From Clostridiaceae bacterium (GTDB taxonomy: Bacteria; Bacillota; Clostridia; DSM-8532): 24,000 nucleotides of DNA. The first letter of the stretch is position 1; each line of letters opens with the position of its first letter. The notes beneath the pieces were generated by a model. It did not search any database. It had not been told where the DNA came from and worked only from the letters and a program-made list of their open reading frames with translations. Where the stretch lies: assembly GCA_012523685.1 (NCBI GenBank), contig JAAYTR010000238.1:9567-33566 (forward strand), given 5' to 3'. The translations under genes and the position numbers were made by a program. Positions 1-8,352 of this stretch are shown in pieces.

Positions 1-519
1 GAGTCAGCTCAGAGTGAACTGCAGGACGATTTCTTGAAAAAGGCTATGGAACTTGTTGTTGACGGTATCGAGGCTGAAATCGTAAAAACAACAATGCAGT
101 TGGATATCGATAGTATGGCGGTAAGACACCAAAATGCACAAGCATATTTCAAGGGACTGGCCGGACAATTCCCCGCATGGGGCTTAATCGGTACTCTACT
201 GGGTCTTATTAATCTTCTCAGATCACTGGATGATCCATCGTCTATAGGACCTGCTATGGCTCTTGCACTTGTTACAACATTTTATGGAAGTATTTTGGCC
301 AACTTTGTCTGCAACCCGATTATTAGCAAGCTTGGGGGCAATAGTGCAGAGGAAATCCGTTTAAGAGAAATGATGATGGAAGGAGTTCTCTCTATTCAAT
401 CAGGCGAGAATCCGAGGTTGATGGAACATAAGCTTAAAACCTTCTTATCGCCTGATCAAAGAGCAGAGTATGAAGCAGCGTCAAAAGGACAGGAAAAACA
501 AGAGGGGCCCAGACCATAA
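1..519 (+). CDS. motA: Flagellar motor stator protein MotA (MotA/TolQ/ExbB proton-channel family), 5'-truncated by the window edge
   Basis: Frame 1 is open from nt 1, so the listed Met at 34 is internal. The C-terminal half carries the family signature (PAWGLIGTLLGLINLL ... ALVTTFYGSILANF). motB follows 18 nt later. Confidence 0.85.
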   Translation, partial: ESAQSELQDDFLKKAMELVVDGIEAEIVKTTMQLDIDSMAVRHQNAQAYFKGLAGQFPAWGLIGTLLGLINLLRSLDDPSSIGPAMALALVTTFYGSILANFVCNPIISKLGGNSAEEIRLREMMMEGVLSIQSGENPRLMEHKLKTFLSPDQRAEYEAASKGQEKQEGPRP

Positions 520-537
520 AGGAAAACAGGTGAGATA

Positions 538-1314
538 ATGGCAAAAAAAAGGGAGTCGGAAGAAGTCGGTGCACCGGCATGGATGGCAACATATGGTGAT
601 TTAGTTACCAATTTGTTAGTTTTTTTCGTTCTGTTGTATTCGATGTCCACAGTTGACCAGAACACGTTTTCAGAGGTTGCTGCGAGTTTATCCTACTCAA
701 TGATTAAATTAAATAGCAGCGAATCAATTCTTGATGGCAGTAACAACAGTATAATAGCGTTTGACTATACCAGATTTGACAGTGAAGAAGCAGCAGCAAA
801 GCGAAAAGAAAAATACATTGAAGATGCAAATGAAATGGTCGTTGATGCCGAAGAAAAATTAAAGGAAAAAGAGTTTGATGAGGCAAAAAATGATATAAGG
901 GATACCATAGCAGAGCAGGGAATTTCTGATAAGGTACAGGTAATAGAGGAAAAGGATTACCTTCTTATCCGCCTTGATCAGGAAATCTTCTTTGCTTCGG
1001 GAAGTGCTGACATAGTGCCGGAGGGTAAAGAGGTATTATCTTCTTTAGCACCATCTCTTAGAGAGCTTGAAAACGAGATTATGATTTCAGGCCATACCGA
1101 TAATGTTCCACAGACAAATAAGAAATATGAAACAAACTGGGAGCTATCTACAGCGCGAGCCACTAATGTTGTAAGGTATTTAGTCGAGATTGAGAATTTA
1201 GAGCCATCAAGGTTCACTGCTACCGGCAATGGTGAATACAGACCTGTTGGAGACAACAATACTCCGGAAGGCCGGCAAAAAAATCGTCGCATCGAAATAA
1301 AAATTCTGAAGTAA
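538..1314 (+). CDS. motB: Flagellar motor protein MotB (OmpA-like peptidoglycan-binding stator subunit)
   Basis: N-terminal single TM with the conserved Asp context (AWMATYGDLVTNLLVFFVLL). C-terminal OmpA/MotB domain (ISGHTDNVP ... NWELSTARATNVVRYL ... NRRIEI). Lies directly after motA. Confidence 0.85.
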   Translation: MAKKRESEEVGAPAWMATYGDLVTNLLVFFVLLYSMSTVDQNTFSEVAASLSYSMIKLNSSESILDGSNNSIIAFDYTRFDSEEAAAKRKEKYIEDANEMVVDAEEKLKEKEFDEAKNDIRDTIAEQGISDKVQVIEEKDYLLIRLDQEIFFASGSADIVPEGKEVLSSLAPSLRELENEIMISGHTDNVPQTNKKYETNWELSTARATNVVRYLVEIENLEPSRFTATGNGEYRPVGDNNTPEGRQKNRRIEIKILK

Positions 1315-1390
1315 TAATGCGTTTTTGCAGGGAAATAGAATATAATAATCTAAGAAATGAAATTGATTTACAAGGGAGCCATATTTCCTC

Positions 1391-1558
1391 ATGGACACTA
1401 TCGTTTGCGATATTATAAGAACCCATATGCAAAAAGATTTTAACGAAGCCCTGCAAGCTTTGGGTCTTATCGTTTCGTCAATAAAATTTGAAGACAATAC
1501 AGGGCTTTCTGTAATTATTGAAATATCGATTAATGAAAATGATTATAATTGTGCATAA
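1391..1558 (+). CDS. Hypothetical small protein (55 aa), not in the supplied ORF track
   Basis: ATG 1391 to TAA 1556-1558: MDTIVCDIIRTHMQKDFNEALQALGLIVSSIKFEDNTGLSVIIEISINENDYNCA. AGGGAG at 1373-1378 gives a long 12-nt spacing. The stop codon abuts an intrinsic terminator. No family recognised. Confidence 0.3.
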   Translation: MDTIVCDIIRTHMQKDFNEALQALGLIVSSIKFEDNTGLSVIIEISINENDYNCA

Positions 1559-1590
1559 AAAACTCGGAAACACATTGTTTCCGAGTTTTT
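1556..1590. terminator. Bidirectional rho-independent terminator between the motB-side and DUF378-side transcripts
   Basis: Stem CTCGGAAAC (1563-1571) / GTTTCCGAG (1577-1585) with a 5-nt loop. An A-run lies upstream and a T-run downstream, so it reads as a terminator on both strands. Confidence 0.7.
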
Positions 1591-1611
1591 ACGGAAGGAT
1601 CCTTTCGGTGT

Positions 1612-1818
1612 TTAATCAACAACCGGTACATCTCTAAAGAGAAGACTAATACAGTATAGTCCTGCAATACCAATTATAGAATATACAATATTAGTTCCCC
1701 AAGTTGCTATGCCAAATATGGCTTCAACGAGATCGTACTGAAAAAGACCCACCAGCAGCCAGTTTAGAGCCCCTATGATAACGAGCAAAAGTGCAATTTT
1801 GTCAATCGGTGTTCTCAT
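1612..1818 (-). CDS. DUF378-family small membrane protein
   Basis: 68 aa with two TM helices and the ALLLVIIGALNWLLVG motif typical of DUF378. AAGGAG SD (reverse complement of 1826-1831) precedes the ATG. Confidence 0.75.
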   Translation of the reverse strand: MRTPIDKIALLLVIIGALNWLLVGLFQYDLVEAIFGIATWGTNIVYSIIGIAGLYCISLLFRDVPVVD

Positions 1819-1931
1819 ATTTCTGACTCCTTTTATTTATTTAGGCGACAAAACGCCACCTTCAATGATTTATTGTTAACAGAAATTTAAAAATAATTCC
1901 GGCTATTTATTGAAATGATTGAATATTTCTG

Positions 1932-1940
1932 TGATATAAT
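1932..1940 (+). promoter_or_regulatory. Possible extended -10 promoter (TGaTATAAT) for the PC4-like gene
   Basis: TGATATAAT at 1932-1940. TTGAAA lies 19 nt upstream, which is suboptimal spacing. Sequence match only. Confidence 0.3.
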
Positions 1941-2027
1941 ATACAGCAAAGCCAAATTAAGCTTTTACTTTGATTATTATTTTTATACAGATCAATTATA
2001 GTCTGATAATACTTTGGAGGTAATTAG

Positions 2028-2255
2028 ATGGCAGATTTTTGGGATTCAGAAGAAATGATAAGCAAGTTTGTAAAAAACAGCAGGGAAGAAATTCAAATTA
2101 AAAAAGTTTCAAAAAATAATAAGTCATACGTAGATATACGGACTTTTTGGTATGACAGTAAAAGCGATGAATACAGGCCCAGTCAGAAGGGTGTTGCAAT
2201 TCCATTAGAATTTGTTGGAGAGCTTAAGTCTGCATTAGACACAATAGAGTATTAG
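2028..2255 (+). CDS. PC4/YdbC-like single-stranded DNA-binding protein (transcriptional coactivator p15 family)
   Basis: 75 aa. YVDIRTFWYDSKSDEYRPSQKGVAIPLEFVGELKSAL parallels the PC4 core (IDIREYW..D..GE.KPG.KGISL..EQW..L). Strong SD GGAGG 7 nt upstream. Confidence 0.7.
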   Translation: MADFWDSEEMISKFVKNSREEIQIKKVSKNNKSYVDIRTFWYDSKSDEYRPSQKGVAIPLEFVGELKSALDTIEY

Positions 2256-2333
2256 AATAAATAAACTCTTTAGAATGCAAGCAGTTTAAAAAAGTACTTA
2301 TTAATGCTTTAACCGCACCTGCAATAAATACAG

Positions 2334-2362
2334 GTGCGGTATATAAGAACCGCACTTTTTTT
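2334..2362 (+). terminator. Intrinsic terminator candidate downstream of the PC4-like gene
   Basis: GTGCGGT (2334-2340) / ACCGCAC (2349-2355), 8-nt loop, followed by T7 (2356-2362). Its 5' arm is shared with an upstream 10-bp hairpin (see findings). Confidence 0.55.
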
Positions 2363-2432
2363 GGCCGGCCGGTTAATAACAGGAGGTGCGGATAATAATA
2401 AGATATGCTTATGAAACAAGGGATGTGATAAT

Positions 2433-3191
2433 ATGGAGCCTGCCCTTGTAAATCCGTATCTACCGTCAGGAAGGGTTACAAAAGCTATTGCATCCGGGGA
2501 CATATCAGAAGAAATCCTAAATTCATTAAAAGAGTCCGGGACAGATATTATTTTCACTGAGCCACATCCGTCGTTACCGTCACCATTATCTTACCATGCA
2601 GATATGCAGATGGTAAATGTTAGTGAGGGTGTATTTGTTTATGCTCCCGGGGTGTCAGAAAAGATGCTGGAAAAGCTTAAGAAACTGGGGTTTGAATTGA
2701 TAAGGGGTTCAGTAACGCTTAAGAATTATTACCCTTTTGATGTTGCTTATAATTGCGCAGTAGTCGGGGAAAATGCCTTTTTAAATCCAAGATATACCGA
2801 TCCGATAGTTCTGGAATTATTGGTTAAGAATAATATCAGGTTGAATCCGGTCAAGCAGGGATATGCAAAGTGTTCCACCGCTGTTGTTTCGGAGGAGGCA
2901 ATCATAACCGCAGATTTACAGATCTATAGAAAAGCGGTTGATGCCGGACTTGATGCTTTGCTGATTCAACCTCAGAAAAACATAATCCTGAAGGGCTATG
3001 ACTATGGTTTCATTGGTGGCTGTTCGGGATTAATTTCAGATAAAGAGATTGCCTTTTTCGGAGACATTAGTACTTTAGAGAATGGAGATGCCATCAGCAA
3101 ATTTTGCACTAAGCACGGTAAAGAAGCAATTTCTCTTGCAAAAGGTTATCTTGTCGATCTTGGCGGTCTATTTCCATTAACTTCTGTATAA
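2433..3191 (+). CDS. Conserved hypothetical protein (252 aa) of unknown function
   Basis: Long ORF with normal composition. An in-frame stop at 2412-2414 fixes the start at 2433, and AAGGGA lies 9 nt upstream. Motifs YHADM and GFIGGCSG are noted, but no family is assigned with confidence. Confidence 0.7.
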   Translation: MEPALVNPYLPSGRVTKAIASGDISEEILNSLKESGTDIIFTEPHPSLPSPLSYHADMQMVNVSEGVFVYAPGVSEKMLEKLKKLGFELIRGSVTLKNYYPFDVAYNCAVVGENAFLNPRYTDPIVLELLVKNNIRLNPVKQGYAKCSTAVVSEEAIITADLQIYRKAVDAGLDALLIQPQKNIILKGYDYGFIGGCSGLISDKEIAFFGDISTLENGDAISKFCTKHGKEAISLAKGYLVDLGGLFPLTSV

Positions 3192-3237
3192 CGGACAATG
3201 AGATTTACATATAATACACCTGAAGGGATGTGAGAGA

Positions 3238-4077
3238 ATGCCATCCTTAAGGGTAGACAGCATGAAAGACATAAAAGGATTGGCCTGTTATCTTAAGAAA
3301 AGATTTGGGATGAATGCACGAAGTCCGTTCAGAGTGGTAGAACGCGAAGAAGAAAATTATCTGACAATCCTTATTGATGGTTGCATAAGAAAAAATGGCA
3401 GAAAATATCTGGTTGTGCTGAACCACTTATCTGATATATTGGCTGAATATATTCTTAAATCTCATGAAACCAATATTTTAGAAAAGATAATAGCCCGTAC
3501 ATGTGAAGGGCTGACAAAAAGTGACAGGGATGAAATTTATCGTATTGCTTGTATGAGATTATATACGCATTATGAAGCGAATATCGGCAGCCTCATAGAA
3601 TCAAGACGTAAGTTGATTTCAGCTAAAATTGCTGAATACTTAAGAAGTGCTGATACGATTACTCTGGAGGGCTTTGTAACTTTCAGACTCGGTGACTATG
3701 TCAAAAATCTTGAGATTGAGGTAGAAAGGTCTATCAGGCAATTTTTCATAGAGAGACAATATGAGGAGTATATTAATCTTCTGACAACCTTCGTTAAAAT
3801 GCAGGTGCCGAAAGTACCGGAACTGCATGTTTTTGTCCAGAATAATGGCTCCTATAAAGTAGAAGGTGCAAAACCATTCGAAATTCCCGAAGACGTTATA
3901 AATGGTTTTGGGATTCAATCAAGCAATCCTGTTATTGAAGATGACGATTTTATGATAGGCTTTCTTCTGACCTGTGCACCTGTCAGAATCTTTATCCATA
4001 ATTCAGTATTATTCAGGAATAAGGAACTATTAAATACAATACGCATTGTCTTTTCAGAATGTATACTGTTAAACTGA
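3238..4077 (+). CDS. ytxC: Putative sporulation protein YtxC
   Basis: 279 aa. The central LEGFVTFRLGDY...IERQYEEYINLL region matches my recollection of the YtxC family. The start is uncertain (alternative Met at 3262). Confidence 0.65.
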   Translation: MPSLRVDSMKDIKGLACYLKKRFGMNARSPFRVVEREEENYLTILIDGCIRKNGRKYLVVLNHLSDILAEYILKSHETNILEKIIARTCEGLTKSDRDEIYRIACMRLYTHYEANIGSLIESRRKLISAKIAEYLRSADTITLEGFVTFRLGDYVKNLEIEVERSIRQFFIERQYEEYINLLTTFVKMQVPKVPELHVFVQNNGSYKVEGAKPFEIPEDVINGFGIQSSNPVIEDDDFMIGFLLTCAPVRIFIHNSVLFRNKELLNTIRIVFSECILLN

Positions 4078-4131
4078 CAATACTATATTTTTACAAATAA
4101 AACCGTCTAAAACTGATTTCACCAAAAAAAG

Positions 4132-4160
4132 TTGTACCCGGGGTTGTTTTTGTGTATAAT
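4132..4160 (+). promoter_or_regulatory. Sigma-A-type promoter for the PucR-family regulator gene
   Basis: TTGTAC (4132-4137), 17-nt spacer, TATAAT (4155-4160). Lies about 45 nt upstream of the TTG start. Confidence 0.5.
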
Positions 4161-4204
4161 TAAAGCAAAATACTCGGGATAATAGCTAACTGGGGGTTGT
4201 TTTT

Positions 4205-5284
4205 TTGGCTTTTAAAGTATTTCAATCTGTTGTTCAGAGAATCCGTGATACTATCGGTTATGATTTTGGTATCACTGACAGTTCAGGAGTGATTATTGCA
4301 AGTACAGTCGAAGAAGAGATCGGTCTTGTTCATGACGATTGTGTCGATTTTTTGAATTCAAATTCTACTTATGTTGAGAAGTCGGATATGGTTATGAAAA
4401 AGATTGATAATAATGGACGGCTGGACTTTGTTCTATATCTGTTAACCAATCATCCGGATAGAAAGAGCCTGGCTGAGCTTATATCGATAAGCATGGAGAA
4501 TGCTAAGCTTTATTATGATGAGAAGTATGACAAAAGCAATTTTATGAAAAACGTACTTCTGGGAAACATCTTACCCGGTGACATTACAATCAGAGCCAAA
4601 GAACTCAGAGTGAAAAATGACTGCAGAAGAATTGTATACTTAGTCAGAACTGAAAAAACCAGAGAATTGTATGCTTACAATATTATTCAGAGCCTGTTTC
4701 CAAACAACAGCAAGGACTATATTATTTTACTTGATGATCAAAACACGGTCCTTATTAAGGAACTTAAAGAAAAAGAGGATAGCGACGAAATCCATAAAAA
4801 GGCCAGAATTATTATTGATACGTTAAGCAGTGAGCTTATGATAAAAGCAAATATAGGGATTGGGACTGAAGCAGATAGCCTGCGTGATGTAGCCCGTTCT
4901 TATAAAGATGCTCAGACTGCATTAAAAATTGGGCAGATCTTTGAGTCCGAGAAAAATATCGTTGATTACAATCATCTCGGTATAGGAAGACTCATTTATC
5001 AATTACCCACAACTCTTTGCCGTCTCTTTTTAAATGAGGTCTTTAAAGAAGGTGTTTTTGAAACTATTGACTCTGAGACAATGATTACTATACAAAAATT
5101 CTTTGAGAACAACCTGAATGTCAGCGAAACATCCCGGCAATTATTTATACACCGGAATACACTGGTGTATAGGTTAGATAAAATACAAAAAATAACAGGG
5201 ATGGATTTAAGGAAATTTGATGATGCAATTTATTTTAAGGTTGCCATGATGGTAAAACGTTACCTTGATGATGTATCAAAATAA
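4205..5284 (+). CDS. PucR/CdaR-family transcriptional regulator
   Basis: C-terminal PucR-type HTH (NLNVSETSRQLFIHRNTLVYRLDKIQKITGMDL). TTG start at 4205 with GGGGG 8 nt upstream. Confidence 0.8.
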   Translation: MAFKVFQSVVQRIRDTIGYDFGITDSSGVIIASTVEEEIGLVHDDCVDFLNSNSTYVEKSDMVMKKIDNNGRLDFVLYLLTNHPDRKSLAELISISMENAKLYYDEKYDKSNFMKNVLLGNILPGDITIRAKELRVKNDCRRIVYLVRTEKTRELYAYNIIQSLFPNNSKDYIILLDDQNTVLIKELKEKEDSDEIHKKARIIIDTLSSELMIKANIGIGTEADSLRDVARSYKDAQTALKIGQIFESEKNIVDYNHLGIGRLIYQLPTTLCRLFLNEVFKEGVFETIDSETMITIQKFFENNLNVSETSRQLFIHRNTLVYRLDKIQKITGMDLRKFDDAIYFKVAMMVKRYLDDVSK

Positions 5285-5317
5285 ATTTTCCTTCTCTGAT
5301 TTTTATGGGGGCATATC

Positions 5318-6004
5318 ATGATTAGGTTTGTAGACGCAACGAAGGTGTATTCCAACGGAGTAATCGGGCTAAGAAACCTTACTGTCAGGATAGAAAAAGG
5401 TGAATTTGTTTTTATTATAGGAGCCAGTGGCTCAGGAAAGTCAACATTTTTAAAGCTCATAATGCATGAAGAGGTTCCAACAGAAGGCGAGGTCTATGTC
5501 AATGGATATAGTGTACATGACATGGTCCAATCAGAGGTGCCTTATCTCAGGCGTAGTTTAGGCGTCGTATTTCAGGATTTCAGATTGTTACCAAACAGAA
5601 CAGCATACGATAATGTTGCTTTTGCCATGCAAATTGTTGAGGCTACCGCAAGAGAGATTAGAAGACAGGTTCCACTGGCATTGGGACTGGTAGGCTTAAG
5701 TAAAAAGGCAAGAGCATATCCGGATCAACTCTCGGGCGGGGAGCAGCAGAGAATTGTGCTTGCCCGTGCTTTGGTCAATAACCCTGCTGTTCTGATTGCA
5801 GACGAACCCACAGGAAATTTGGATCCCAAAACCTCAATTGAGATAATGAATCTCCTTGAGGAGATAAATCAGCGCGGTACGACCGTTGTAGTGGCAACCC
5901 ACGAGAAAAGCATAGTGGATACCATGAAAAAACGGGTTATTACTCTTGAACGTGGAGAACTTAAGAGCGACGTGCAGAAAGGATCTTATTTCGATGAAAA
6001 TTAG
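5318..6004 (+). CDS. ftsE: Cell-division ABC transporter ATP-binding protein FtsE
   Basis: Walker A GASGSGKST, signature LSGGEQQR, Walker B LIADEPTGNLD. 228 aa. ftsX follows immediately. Confidence 0.95.
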   Translation: MIRFVDATKVYSNGVIGLRNLTVRIEKGEFVFIIGASGSGKSTFLKLIMHEEVPTEGEVYVNGYSVHDMVQSEVPYLRRSLGVVFQDFRLLPNRTAYDNVAFAMQIVEATAREIRRQVPLALGLVGLSKKARAYPDQLSGGEQQRIVLARALVNNPAVLIADEPTGNLDPKTSIEIMNLLEEINQRGTTVVVATHEKSIVDTMKKRVITLERGELKSDVQKGSYFDEN

Positions 6005-6908
6005 AACAATGAAGCTTCTTATTAAAGAAGGCACAAATAATGTTATAAAAAACAAGTTAATGTCATTCGCATCAATTATGACGGTTGTGGCAACATTGTT
6101 TTTCCTGGGGATAATTCTCCTTATTGCAATTAATATTACATCGAATATTGAAGCTATGAAGCGGGATTTAGAAATCACCGTTTTTCTGAATGTAAATGCC
6201 ACAAATTATCAGCGCGAAGAAGTAGTAAGTTTTATCGAAGCGAAAAAGGAAGCCGGCGTTATAACAGAATACCGAAATGAAACCAAAGAACAAATGTATC
6301 AAAATATTAAAGAAAGCCTCAATGATGATTCCCTGTTAGAGGGTTTCAGCGTTGATAATGCTGCGGAGTCGTTCTACATAAAGCTTGCTGATCCAAATAA
6401 CAGTGATGAGATAATCACAGAAATATCGCGTTTTGAGGGAGTCAACAATAATAACGGAATAGGGTACGGCAAAGAGGAGCTTGATAAGCTTGAAGGAATA
6501 CTGAAGGTTTTTAATTACATAGTTATGGCAGTACTGGTTGTCCTCATGATTGTCTCAATATTCCTCATATCAAATACTATTCGTCTTACAGTATTTGCCC
6601 GAAGACACCAGATAGAAATAATGAAATACGTAGGTGCGCTGGACAGCTTTATAAGGTGGCCATTTATCGTTGAGGGTCTGTTGATAGGGTTTATAGGTGC
6701 TGCTTTATCATTTTTTATTACCTCCCAGGCATATCAGTGGCTTCAGGGTGTTATAAATGCAATACTGGCAAATTTAAAGCTGTCTACACTTAGAATTATG
6801 GAATTTGGTCCGGTGGCTTTCAGGATATTTATTATATATTCTATATTCGGAATTGTAATCGGTGGTATAGGAAGTTTGCTATCTGTCAGAAAACACTTGA
6901 ACGTATAG
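5994..6908 (+). CDS. ftsX: Cell-division permease-like protein FtsX
   Basis: Four-TM FtsX topology with a large extracytoplasmic loop and a C-terminal TM bundle. I moved the start from the track's 5946 to ATG 5994 (MKIRTMKLL...), which overlaps the ftsE stop by 11 nt, with AAAGGA upstream. Confidence 0.9.
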   Translation: MKIRTMKLLIKEGTNNVIKNKLMSFASIMTVVATLFFLGIILLIAINITSNIEAMKRDLEITVFLNVNATNYQREEVVSFIEAKKEAGVITEYRNETKEQMYQNIKESLNDDSLLEGFSVDNAAESFYIKLADPNNSDEIITEISRFEGVNNNNGIGYGKEELDKLEGILKVFNYIVMAVLVVLMIVSIFLISNTIRLTVFARRHQIEIMKYVGALDSFIRWPFIVEGLLIGFIGAALSFFITSQAYQWLQGVINAILANLKLSTLRIMEFGPVAFRIFIIYSIFGIVIGGIGSLLSVRKHLNV

Positions 6909-6925
6909 CGTTTTGACGTTATAAT
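6897..6925 (+). promoter_or_regulatory. Sigma-A-type promoter candidate upstream of the M23 peptidase gene
   Basis: TTGAAC (6897-6902), 17-nt spacer, TATAAT (6920-6925). It overlaps the end of ftsX. Confidence 0.4.
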
Positions 6926-7025
6926 AAAATGAGCAATTGTAATAAAAATGTAAGTTTATTTATGCATATTTATTGGTAGTTGTTCATATACAGCCAACTA
7001 ACTTGAAAGGATGGGGCAGTTACAT

Positions 7026-8171
7026 ATGATAAAGCGGGCGTCGGCTTTGTTAATCTGTTTTGTGATGATTTTGACAATGGCGTTAACATCATCTGCTAAT
7101 TCTATAGATGATGCAAGGAAAGAATTGCAAAAGACACAACAGGAAATTAACGCAATAAAAAATCGACAAAAGAAAGAGAAGCAAAATCTTTTAAACAATA
7201 AACAATACAGAGAAAAAATTATAGCCGATCTAGAGAAAAAAGGCCATGAACGAAGTCAAATTGAAGAAAGAATAAGAGAGATTGAATCTGCTATTGCATC
7301 TCTTGATGAAGCAATCAGATTAACAGAAGAAGAATATGCAGCTGAACTGAAGCTTTTTCAGGAAAGACTGGTCACTATATACATAAATTCCAGGACTAAT
7401 GCAGAAACAAATTTACTTCTCCAATGTGAAAACTTTGAGGAGATGTTCAAAAAAAGCCACATGTTAAAGATGATCTCTCAGTTTGATCAGGATTTGCTGA
7501 AAAGCCTGGAAGACAAACGAAATGAAATATCTGATTTAAAGGCTCTTAAACAACAAGAAGAAGATAATGCACAGGAACAATTGGAAGCAATGCTTGTGGC
7601 TATAGCTGATCTTGAGGTGTCCCGTTCCGCAGCAGAGAAAGAAGTTCAAAAAACTCAGCAGGCGCTTAAAGAGCTTGAAAAAGCAGAAGATGCACTGGAA
7701 GCTGATTCAAAAGAATTAGAAAAACTGATAAGGAAGCTTTCATCCTCGGGGGCATATACCGGTGGAGTTATGCAATGGCCCTTGCCCGGGTATTACAAGA
7801 TTTCTTCTTATTTCGGTATGAGAATGCATCCTATTTTGAAATATAATAAAATGCATGGGGGCATTGATATAGGTGCGCCTAAGGGAACACCTATTCATGC
7901 TGCGGCCAGCGGTAAAGTAATCTGTGCTGCATGGAGAAGCGGAGGATCAGGAAATACTGTTATTATTGACCATGGCGGCGGAATCACTACGTTATATTTC
8001 CACATAATGAACGGCGGAATACTGGTTAAAGAAGGACAAACGGTTGTTGCCGGGGATGTTATTGCAAAAGTAGGAAGCACAGGACTATCAACCGGTCCGC
8101 ACCTGCACTTTGAGGTAAGAAAGAATGGTGTGCGGCAGGATCCTTTAAACTATGTTAAAGGTAAAAAGTAA
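7026..8171 (+). CDS. Secreted coiled-coil M23-family peptidoglycan DD-metalloendopeptidase (EnvC/PcsB-like architecture)
   Basis: Signal peptide (MIKRASALLICFVMILTMALTSSA), a ~220-aa heptad-rich E/K/Q/L region, then an M23 domain with HGGIDI (HxxxD) and GPHLHFEV (HxH). Start set at ATG 7026 behind AAAGGATGGGG. Confidence 0.85.
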   Translation: MIKRASALLICFVMILTMALTSSANSIDDARKELQKTQQEINAIKNRQKKEKQNLLNNKQYREKIIADLEKKGHERSQIEERIREIESAIASLDEAIRLTEEEYAAELKLFQERLVTIYINSRTNAETNLLLQCENFEEMFKKSHMLKMISQFDQDLLKSLEDKRNEISDLKALKQQEEDNAQEQLEAMLVAIADLEVSRSAAEKEVQKTQQALKELEKAEDALEADSKELEKLIRKLSSSGAYTGGVMQWPLPGYYKISSYFGMRMHPILKYNKMHGGIDIGAPKGTPIHAAASGKVICAAWRSGGSGNTVIIDHGGGITTLYFHIMNGGILVKEGQTVVAGDVIAKVGSTGLSTGPHLHFEVRKNGVRQDPLNYVKGKK

Positions 8172-8191
8172 GAGAAATAAAAATAATATCT

Positions 8192-8226
8192 AAGAGCTTT
8201 TGCAATAACAAAAGCTCTTTTGTTTT
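8192..8226 (+). terminator. Rho-independent terminator after the M23 peptidase gene
   Basis: AAGAGCTTTTG (8192-8202) / CAAAAGCTCTT (8209-8219), 6-nt loop, followed by TTGTTTT. Confidence 0.8.
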
Positions 8227-8291
8227 CAAGGTAGTTATAAATTAAAATTATTTTCTTACTTTATGGATATCATTCATGTGACTAACATGGT

Positions 8292-8320
8292 TTGAAAAAT
8301 GACAGCATAGGATGTAGAAT
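8292..8320 (+). promoter_or_regulatory. Sigma-A-type promoter candidate for the S41 protease gene
   Basis: TTGAAA (8292-8297), 17-nt spacer, TAGAAT (8315-8320). Confidence 0.4.
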
Positions 8321-8352
8321 AGATTTAATTAAGCTTAAGAAGGGTTGTTTTA

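Noticed and set aside
1592-1607. Small hairpin CGGAAG-GATC-CTTTCG next to the DUF378 stop
   Set aside because: It has only 6 bp including a G-U pair. The adjacent 9-bp terminator (1563-1585) already explains termination, so I did not call it separately.
5946-5993. Upstream extension of ftsX (track start 5946), and similar extensions of the M23 (7011), CPBP (19489), methyltransferase (20597) and transglutaminase-like (18836) ORFs
   Set aside because: In each case a downstream ATG has a better-placed SD and gives an N-terminus typical for the family. The longer versions overlap the preceding gene or intergenic signals.
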